A stretch of DNA of 63,216 nt, the filler included, from Octopus bimaculoides (lineage: Eukaryota), in assembly GCF_001194135.2 (NCBI RefSeq). It is 6 parts of 5 records of this genome, joined end to end, with 100 filler letters (N's around TTAATTAATTAA, not from the genome) between each part and the next. Parts side by side here need not be neighbours in the genome. Positions count along the whole stretch, not along the records: positions 54,149 to 63,216 come from NC_068988.1; 5 more parts are not named here. One strand, given 5' to 3'. The notes beneath the pieces were generated by a model. That model saw nothing but the letters and a program-made list of their open reading frames with translations, was not told where the DNA came from and made no database searches. The position numbers and the translations under genes were made by a program. Shown in pieces: positions 54,150 through 63,216 of the stretch (the stretch's first letter is position 1; the number at the start of each line of letters is the position of its first letter).

Positions 54150-54470
54150 GAGTAGCGTCGGAGGATAAGTTTACGAAAACTACTTACAATTTTTGTGAGA
54201 CGCTGCGTTCAATCATGTAAAAACAAAAGTAAATGAGTATATGCATATATACGTACAGGTATGTGCATACCGACATCCACCTGTATGTATAGGTGCATAT
54301 CTGGGTACAGGACATTGCAAACAAACGTAGACGAGAACACACGAGCCACATAGAGAACATTCTACTTCATCAGCTACCCACGTTTTAACACCGGCGTTTC
54401 GACGAGCTTCGGGCAGGACGCAACGTTAAAACGGCTCGTCCCATGGATCGCAGATTAAATCTGTATACGC
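54150..54470 (-). mobile_element. Penelope-like terminal repeat fragment carrying a putative permuted hammerhead ribozyme
   Basis: CGAAACG and CTGATGAAG motifs. The downstream GTTCTCTATGTGGC...GTCCTGTACCCAGATATGCA tract is shared with copies at 6266-6440 and 52590-52860. Confidence 0.6.
54361..54440 (-). ncRNA. Putative non-circularly permuted hammerhead ribozyme, most intact copy
   Basis: GACGAGC-CGTTTTAAC-gtt-GCGT-C-CTGCCC-gaa-GCTCGTC-GAAACGC-cggt-GTTAAAACG-t-GGGTAG-CTGATGA; four helices and an intact core. Activity untested. Confidence 0.6.
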
Positions 54471-56497
54471 ATATATATATATGTATATACTACGGACTTC
54501 TTTCAGTTTCTGTCAACCAAATCCTCTCACCGAGGCTACAGCAGAAGACACTTATTCAAGATGCCACGCAGTCGGACAGAATCATGTGGTTGGGAAGCAA
54601 GCTACGCCCGCGCCTTTTTACTTGGTTCAGTCATTAGGCTTCGGTCGTACTACTGCAACTCTATGAAGGGCGCGTGTGCGCGTATATCTTTGCGTTTGTC
54701 CCCGCCTACCATCGCTTGACAATCGGTGTTGTTGTTTTTTTCAACTCTGTAGGTTAGTGGTTCGGCAAAAGTGACTGATAAAATAGATGTCTTGGAATAA
54801 AAAAAAAAAAAGCTAATAATAATCGTAGGAAAAACGCATTGATTAAAGTAGACCTCGTGTCTGATAGAACGGAGAGATAGTCAAAGCTGGAGCTGGTCGA
54901 ACGGAAATGACCTGGGGTTAAAAAATCAACCGAAGTAATATCATCCCCAACACGACGTATACGCTGACGGAAACTAAGGGAAGCTTAAAAAAAAAGAAAA
55001 AAAAAGATGGGATGGTCACGGCGGAATATCTTTGATCTACCAGATCAGAATTAGCCTTAGGGTTAAACAACACCAACAACAACAACAGCAACAACAACAC
55101 CATGTATCTCACCGAACTACTCTTTCTTATCCTGTCCTACAACCACCACCACAATTACTTCCACTTATCTGTCATCGCTATTGTCACCAATACCACAGCT
55201 GCAGACATTATCACCCATTAAATCCATTATCCTTAAACTCACTAGCAACAACAATATACCACCACCACCACCACCACCACCACCACCNNNNNNNNNNNNN
55301 NNNNNNNNNNNNNNNNNNNNNNNNNNNNNNNNNNNNNNNNNNNNNNNNNNNNNNNNNNNNNNNNNNNNNNNNNNNNNNNNNNNNNNNNNNNNNNNNNNNN
55401 NNNNNNNNNNNNNNNNNNNNNNNNNNNNNNNNNNNNNNNNNNNNNNNNNNNNNNNNNNNNNNNNNNNNNNNNNNNNNNNNNNNNNNNNNNNNNNNNNNNN
55501 NNNNNNNNNNNNNNNNNNNNNNNNNNNNNNNNNNNNNNNNNNNNNNNNNNNNNNNNNNNNNNNNNNNNNNNNNNNNNNNNNNNNNNNNNNNNNNNNNNNN
55601 NNNNNNNNNNNNNNNNNNNNNNNNNNNNNNNNNNNNNNNNNNNNNNNNNNNNNNNNNNNNNNNNNNNNNNNNNNNNNNNNNNNNNNNNNNNNNNNNNNNN
55701 NNNNNNNNNNNNNNNNNNNNNNNNNNNNNNNNNNNNNNNNNNNNNNNNNNNNNNNNNNNNNNNNNNNNNNNNNNNNNNNNNNNNNNNNNNNNNNNNNNNN
55801 NNNNNNNNNNNNNNNNNNNNNNNNNNNNNNNNNNNNNNNNNNNNNNNNNNNNNNNNNNNNNNNNNNNNNNNNNNNNNNNNNNNNNNNNNNNNNNNNNNNN
55901 NNNNNNNNNNNNNNNNNNNNNNNNNNNNNNNNNNNNNNNNNNNNNNNNNNNNNNNNNNNNNNNNNNNNNNCCATTTTATATTTGCTCTTCTCCATCCTCA
56001 CCGCTGTCTCATCACCATCACCATCACCATCGCCACCACCACCACCACCACCACCATTTTATATTTGCTCTTCTCCATCCTCACCGCTGTCTCATCACCA
56101 TCACCATCACCACCGCCATCGTGATATGTTCAATAATTTCACAACCCTTCTTTTTCTCTTGCTAGTTACTGCTACAAGTTATTACGGTAACCAAATATAA
56201 TAAGCAAACTTGCCTTTTAAAGGTTTCTGTGTGAAGGGGTTGTTTGGTTTTGTTATCACATATTTGTGACTTTGAAATAATATTTGCCGTCATGCTCCAG
56301 TCATGTTGGTGTGACGAGAATTTCTCACTGCTGTGTTGATTGCTAGCGACTATTTAAAACGGAAAAGAAAAAGATGCTGGGAGAGAAAGGGAGATAAAGA
56401 AAGCACGAAGGTGACTATGACTGAGAGAGAGAGAGAGAGAAAGTATGAGAGGTACAGAGAGAGCGAAGGAGAGAAAGAGAGAGAGAGAGAGAGAGAA

Positions 56498-56529
<32 letters not shown>

Positions 56530-56586
56530 NNNNNNNNNNTGAGAGAGAGAGAGAGAGAAAGTATGAGAGGTACAGAGAGAGCGAAG

Positions 56587-56627
<41 letters not shown>

Positions 56628-56901
56628 TAGGACAGAGAGAATGGAGGAAAGAGAGAAAGAGTGAAGGTGAGAGAAAGCGAAGGAATGAGAGAGTGAAGGG
56701 AAGAGAGAGCGCAGGTGACAGAAAGAGGGAAGAAGTGAGAGTGACGGAGAAAGAGCGCACGATAAAGAGAGAGCGAAACAATGAGAAAGAGGGAAAGAGG
56801 GAAATAGAGAGAGAGAGCGAAGAAGAGAGAGAGTGAAGGGGAGGAAGAGAGAGAGTGAAGATGAGAGCGTGAGAGATAGACATAGATAGATAGAGGGAGA
56901 A

Positions 56902-56933
<32 letters not shown>

Positions 56934-57894
56934 TAAATTAAGGAGTAATAAACCAGAGGTGTCTGGTAAAACATTTTCTGATGAAGGAGGCTGCCCGAAG
57001 CGTTAACTTTTCACACTTCAGAGCAACATGAACAACCTCCATCTTCGCTTTGAATATAGCGACTCTTGTCGGTCGCAGGTCATTTACTTCTAGTCTTCTC
57101 AAATTCTAATGAGCATTCCCTATACAAATACATATTTATTCTTTCGCTAAAACAGTTTCTGGGTTATAACAGCATTGGAAAACCTACTGGAATCCAACCA
57201 TTTCGACCATCCTGCGCCCCGTTCAGATTCTTGGCAGTCACAAACATCCATGATCCGTTAGTTAACATTGAGCGTACAAGCATTGTTTAGACTACACTGA
57301 GTCTGATGGACTATCTATAAGATTATATATAATCATTTTCAAATTAGGCGCAAGAGTGGCCGTGTGGTAAGAAGCTTGCTTCCCAATCACATTGTTCCAG
57401 GTTCAGTCCCACTGCGTGACATCTTAGGCAAATGTCTTCTACTATATCCTCGGGCCGACCAAAATCTTGTGAGTGGATTTGATAGACGNNNNNNNNNNNN
57501 NNNNNNNNNNNNNNNNNNNNNNNNNNNNNNNNNNNNNNNNNNNNNNNNNNNNNNNNNNNNNNNNNNNNNNNNNNNNNNNNNNNNNNNNNNNNNNNNNNNN
57601 NNNNNNNNNNNNNNNNNNNNNNNNNNNNNNNNNNNNNNNNNNNNNNNNNNNNNNNNNNNNNNNNNNNNNNNNNNNNNNNNNNNNNNNNNNNNNNNNNNNN
57701 NNNNNNNNNNNNNNNNNNNNNNNNNNNNNNNNNNNNNNNNNNNNNNNNNNNNNNNNNNNNNNNNNNNNNNNNNNNNNNNNNNNNNNNNNNNNNNNNNNNN
57801 NNNNNNNNNNNNNNNNNNNNNATGTGCAGATTTGTATGCTTTATGTATGCATTACAATGCATATAGTTACATACCTAGACATGTTCATATATAT

Positions 57895-58203
57895 TAAAAT
57901 GATTATCTTCTGGAAAATTTTACAGATTTTTACAGTTCCAGTGATGGATTGAATCTGTAGTCTTCGAATTTGCTTTCTCCTTTCTGGTTTTGAGAAGCCT
58001 AATTTCGCAAGATTGGTATTTAGGCAGTGTGTTACATATCCCAGGGCTCCAATAATTACAGGTATAAACCTGAACTTATAATCTGGATTGAGTTACTGCA
58101 GATTTCTCAGTTCAGCATAGGTATTCACTTTTTCACTGATCTTCATATTTAAGTTAACATCCGCTGGGCAGTTAATTTCCACAACTGTGCTCAATTTATC
58201 GTC
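57895..58203 (-). mobile_element. Second, different RLE-type LINE C-terminal fragment
   Basis: VVEINCPADVN...EK...Y...FIPVIIGALGYV...LGF...IRRLQIQSITGTVKICK with one internal stop. Confidence 0.75.
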
Positions 58204-58499
58204 TCTATCTCAAATCATGAATATTTATGTGTGTATGTATGTATGTATGTATTATGTATTTGTGTGTCTGTGTTTGTTCCCCCACCATCGATTGACAACC
58301 GATTTTGGTGAGTTTACGTCCCTGTAACTTAGTAGTTCGGCAATAGATACCGATAGGATAAGTACTAGGCTTAAGTACTAGGGGCGATTTGTTCGACTAA
58401 AGGTGGTGCTCCAGTATGGCCGCAATCAAATGACTGAAACAAGAAAAAGAATAAAAGAATTAAAAAAAGAACAAGCCCAGCAGTTTCAGGGAAGTAAGT

Positions 58500-60070
58500 A
58501 AGTCCATCACAAAGCCCCTAGTGCTCAACTGGTATTCGTTTTATCGACCCCAAAAGAATGAAAGGCACATTCGATCCCTGCGGCATTTGAGCTCAGCACA
58601 TAAAGTCGAAAGAAATGCCGCTAAGTATTTTGTCCATCGTAAGTACTGTGTCCACCTTTGTATTGGTTTCAAACTTTGGCACGAGGCCAGTAATTTTTTA
58701 TTTAGGCGAGTGGGGGTGTGGGAAGTAAGTCGATCATATCGACCACAGTACTCAGCTAGTACTTATTTTATCGACTCAGACCTCAGCAAAATTCGAACTC
58801 TACATAAAAATGGGTGAAATGCCGCTAAGCACTTTGTTTGTCTTGCTTACGATTCCACCAGCTCGTCACATTTATATTATATTTATTTCTTTATTGCCCA
58901 CTGGGGGCTAAACAAAGAAGGGACAAACAAGGACAAACAAAGGGATTAAGTCGATTACATCGACCCTGTGTGTAACTGGTACTTATTTAATCGACCCCGA
59001 AAGGATGAAAGGCAAAGTCGACCTCGGCAGAATTTGAACTCAGAGCGTAACGGCAGACANNNNNNNNNNNNNNNNNNNNNNNNNNNNNNNNNNNNNNNNN
59101 NNNNNNNNNNNNNNNNNNNNNNNNNNNNNNNNNNNNNNNNNNNNNNNNNNNNNNNNNNNNNNNNNNNNNNNNNNNNNNNNNNNNNNNNNNNNNNNNNNNN
59201 NNNNNNNNNNNNNNNNNNNNNNNNNNNNNNNNNNNNNNNNNNNNNNNNNNNNNNNNNNNNNNNNNNNNNNNNNNNNNNNNNNNNNNNNNNNNNNNNNNNN
59301 NNNNNNNNNNNNNNNNNNNNNNNNNNNNNNNNNNNNNNNNNNNNNNNNNNNNNNNNNNNNNNNNNNNNNNNNNNNNNNNNNNNNNNNNNNNNNNNNNNNN
59401 NNNNNNNNNNNNNNNNNNNNNNNNNNNNNNNNNNNNNNNNNNNNNNNNNNNNNNNTAAACAAAGAAGGGACAAACAAGGACAAACAAAGGGATTAAGTCG
59501 ATTACATCGACCCTGTGTGTAACTGGTACTTATTTAATCGACCCCGAAAGGATGAAAGGCAAAGTCGACCTCGGCAGAATTTGAACTCAGAGCGTAACGG
59601 CAGACATAATACCGCTAAGCATTTCGCCCGGCGTGCTAACGATTCTGCCAGCTCACCGCCCTTCACATTTATATTATATACGATTAAGAACACCATAACT
59701 GTGGATTATGGACTTTGGATTTTTAAAGTGAAATGTACTAGATCCGTATCACTGTATAGAAAAAATGGATAGAAAAACATTCGAAGAGTTGCTTTGTTAT
59801 CATGTTTAGAATGTATGTTATCTTCAGTGAAGATCTGAATTCGTGTTCCTCGTGCAGCCTTCACCTCTTTTACCCATCCAAGGCTTTTGCGAACTGGCAG
59901 AATTGTTAGTACATCGGGAAAATTCTTTGTGGCATTTTGTCCGGCTATACGCTCTGAGTTCAAATTCTGGTGAGGTCGACTTTACCTTTCATCATTTCGG
60001 AGTCGAGCTGATGTAATCGACTAACCCGCTCTCTAGAATTTGCTGCCTTTGCGCCAAAATTTGAAACCGC
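58500..60070. mobile_element. Cluster of family-B SINE copies (several minus, one plus); one duplicate is probably a gap artefact
   Basis: Repeated ATCGACCCCGAAAGGATGAAAGGCAAAGTCGACC motif. Confidence 0.8.
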
Positions 60071-61561
60071 TATTGTCACCACCACCATTATCATCATTAT
60101 CATCGTCATCATTATTATAAGTTTTTCTTCTTTCAATATTGTTTTCATTTCTTGCAGAGTGCCTTCCCGACTAGTAGGGCAAATAAACTCACAGTATACA
60201 TTGATAGGCCATAAAATTAAAATTAAATTAGATTGTTCCTTTTGAAAATGAAATGAAGTTATGTGGAATAAAAAAAATTACACGGGTTGTAATCGTTATC
60301 ACAGCGACAATGCTCTTCTCAGTACGTTAAAACAATATTTTGCACTTCTTGCATGGATGGTAAGTCAGGGATCATTCTCAAATAGTTTTCATTTCCTTTT
60401 TCGATCATTCCAAATGCTCCTACAATCACTGGTATTGTAACTGCCTTTAGCTGCCACATTTTTTCNNNNNNNNNNNNNNNNNNNNNNNNNNNNNNNNNNN
60501 NNNNNNNNNNNNNNNNNNNNNNNNNNNNNNNNNNNNNNNNNNNNNNNNNNNNNNNNNNNNNNNNNNNNNNNNNNNNNNNNNNNNNNNNNNNNNNNNNNNN
60601 NNNNNNNNNNNNNNNNNNNNNNNNNNNNNNNNNNNNNNNNNNNNNNNNNNNNNNNNNNNNNNNNNNNNNNNNNNNNNNNNNNNNNNNNNNNNNNNNNNNN
60701 NNNNNNNNNNNNNNNNNNNNNNNNNNNNNNNNNNNNNNNNNNNNNNNNNNNNNNNNNNNNNNNNNNNNNNNNNNNNNNNNNNNNNNNNNNNNNNNNNNNN
60801 NNNNNNNNNNNNNNNNNNNNNNNNNNNNNNNNNNNNNNNNNNNNNNNNNNNNNNNNNNNNNNNNNNNNNNNNNNNNNNNNNNNNNNNNNNNNNNNNNNNN
60901 NNNNNNNNNNNNNNNNNNNNNNNNNNNNNNNNNNNNNNNNNNNNNNNNNNNNNNNNNNNNNNNNNNNNNNNNNNNNNNNNNNNNNNNNNNNNNNNNNNNN
61001 NNNNNNNNNNNNNNNNNNNNNNNNNNNNNNNNNNNNNNNNNNNNNNNNNNNNNNNNNNNNNNNNNNNNNNNNNNNNNNNNNNNNNNNNNNNNNNNNNNNN
61101 NNNNNNNNNNNNNNNNNNNNNNNNNNNNNNNNNNNNNNNNNNNNNNNNNNNNNNNNNNNNNNNNNNNNNNNNNNNNNNNNNNNNNNNNNNNNNNNNNNNN
61201 NNNNNNNNNNNNNNNNNNNNNNNNNNNNNNNNNNNNNNNNNNNNNNCACCACTACGAATATCACTACCACTGCAATCCCCCCCACTAAAATGACCCCCCC
61301 CACCACCACCACCATCACCGCCACTACCGTCATCATCACCAGCATCATTATCATCATCGTTCATATATTTCTCCATCTCATCATATCGTTTTTCAATGTT
61401 ATTTCAATATCTTCCTTCTTCGATCCCTTCGTCTTTCATTCTGATCTTTCATCATTTTTATCATTTTTCCAAGCAAAGCAAATCTCCTACATCCTCGTTG
61501 AGAGTTTCATTCATCTTATTTTCATCTTATTTTCAGTTTCCGGGTCTCCTTTCTTCGTTTT

Positions 61562-61625
<64 letters not shown>

Positions 61626-61643
61626 CACCAGCACCACCACCAG

Positions 61644-61694
<51 letters not shown>

Positions 61695-62765
61695 NNNNNN
61701 NNNNNNNNNNNNNNNNNNNNNNNNNNNNNNNNNNNNNNNNNNNNNNNNNNNNNNNNNNNNNNNNNNNNNNNNNNNNNNNNNNNNNNNNNNNNNNNNNNNN
61801 NNNNNNNNNNNNNNNNNNNNNNNNNNNNNNNNNNNNNNNNNNNNNNNNNNNNNNNNNNNNNNNNNNNNNNNNNNNNNNNNNNNNNNNNNNNNNNNNNNNN
61901 NNNNNNNNNNNNNNNNNNNNNNNNNNNNNNNNNNNNNNNNNNNNNNNNNNNNNNNNNNNNNNNNNNNNNNNNNNNNNNNNNNNNNNNNNNNNNNNNNNNN
62001 NNNNNNNNNNNNNNNNNNNNNNNNNNNNNNNNNNNNNNNNNNNNNNNNNNNNNNNNNNNNNNNNNNNNNNNNNNNNNNNNNNNNNNNNNNNNNNNACCAC
62101 CACCACCACCACCACCACCACCACCACCACCACTACTACTACTACTACTACTTTCTTTTCTGTTTTCTTCTGTTTCTTCTCATTCCTCTTCGTGTTATAT
62201 ATTGTTCTTGTCATATGTTGCTTTTATACATCGTCGTCATTATCCTCCTCCTCCTCCTCCCCCTCATCATCATCATCAGCAGCAGCAGCAGCATCCTCCT
62301 CATCGTCTTCATCATCATCACCATCATTCTTTTTTTTCTTTTTTTTTTTCTTCCCCATCTGGTACATCTCTCTTCCACCGCAATCACGCATAAGCCTTCA
62401 TACACATGCCATGTACCTAACTGTTTCTTACACACACGCTGTCTCTAACAAATAATACTTGGAAACATTTGGCATTTATAATAATGAAAGAAAAAAAAAA
62501 TCTTTCCATTTCCTTAAAATGGCGTCATTACTCGCTCGACCGATTATTCGAAAAAGGGGGAAGATAAACGGAAAACGAGCGGAGGGTGAAAACAATTAAA
62601 AACAGAAAAGATAGAGCAGAAGAAGTAAATAAGGGAATCTATCTTCAATGGCGTCCCTTGATGGTGTTATTTTCAATAAATATTCGTATATTCAATTCAA
62701 CATTTCTGTTAAAGGAGATCGGAACTTAAAACTGGCTCGTATTTGTCAAACCAAAGAAATTAAAT

Positions 62766-63216
62766 ATTCTTTTCTATTCTAAGTACAAGGCCTGAAGTAT
62801 TTGGGGGAGTGGAAGCCATTCGATTAGATCGACCCAGTATGCAACTGGTATTTAATTTATCGACCCTGAAAGGATGAAAGGCAAAGTGGACATCAGCGGA
62901 ATTTGGACTCAGAACATAAAGATTGACGAAGTACCGCAAAGCATTTCGCCCGGCGTGCTAACGTTTCTGCCAGCTCGTCGCCTTCAAAGAAATTAAATAT
63001 TTTTCTCTACTCTAGGCACAAGGCTCGAAATTTTCGCGTGAGGCGGTCAGTTGATTAGATCGACCCCAGTACGCAACTGGTACTTAATTTATCGACCCTG
63101 AAAGGATGAAAGGCAAAGTAGACATCGTTTCTTATTTCTTTATTGCTCACAAGGGGCTAAACACATAGGGGACAAACAAGGACAAACAAAGAGATTAAGT
63201 CGATTACATCGACCCC
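62766..63216 (-). mobile_element. Three head-to-tail family-B SINEs, the last cut by the window edge
   Basis: The same body motif occurs at 62820-62900, 63055-63125 and 63200 onward. Confidence 0.85.

Noticed and set aside
54401-54440. HDV-like ribozyme reading of the same pseudoknot (UCCUGCC as L3)
   Set aside because: No conserved P3, no GG for P1.1, no P4 or J4/2 catalytic C; the hammerhead assignment explains more conserved bases.
56975-57006. CTGATGAAGG...CCCGAAGCGTT hammerhead-like words
   Set aside because: GAAA is mutated and stems I and II are poor; at best a dead Penelope remnant.
58903-59610. About 155-bp exact direct repeat on both sides of a gap
   Set aside because: Identical sequence at both contig ends suggests an unmerged overlap. 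Similar cases at 56410-56610 and possibly 55971-56120.

Overview
AT-rich, microsatellite-saturated, gap-ridden eukaryotic DNA. The SINE families and the TTAATTAATTAA gap spacers point to a cephalopod (Octopus-type) draft scaffold; this is an inference, not a database result. One protein-coding gene is well supported, on the minus strand: exons 13169-12099 and 11424-11148. They encode a long, acidic, Asn/Ser-rich N-terminus with sorting-type motifs followed by a transmembrane helix. The family is unrecognised and the 3' exons are unresolved. The rest is intronic or intergenic: at least four tRNA-derived SINE families, fragments of CR1/Jockey-like and RLE-type LINEs, a mariner fragment, fold-back MITEs, two tRNA-Asp pseudogenes and Penelope-like termini. 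The most notable observation is a repeat-borne motif containing all three hammerhead ribozyme core strands in a non-circularly permuted order (GUH, then GAAAC, then CUGANGA). It has four helices and compensatory base changes between copies at 52761-52840 and 54361-54440. A sequence-unrelated motif at 14651-14723 fits the same topology. Almost all ORFs in the supplied track are microsatellite or N-gap artefacts.
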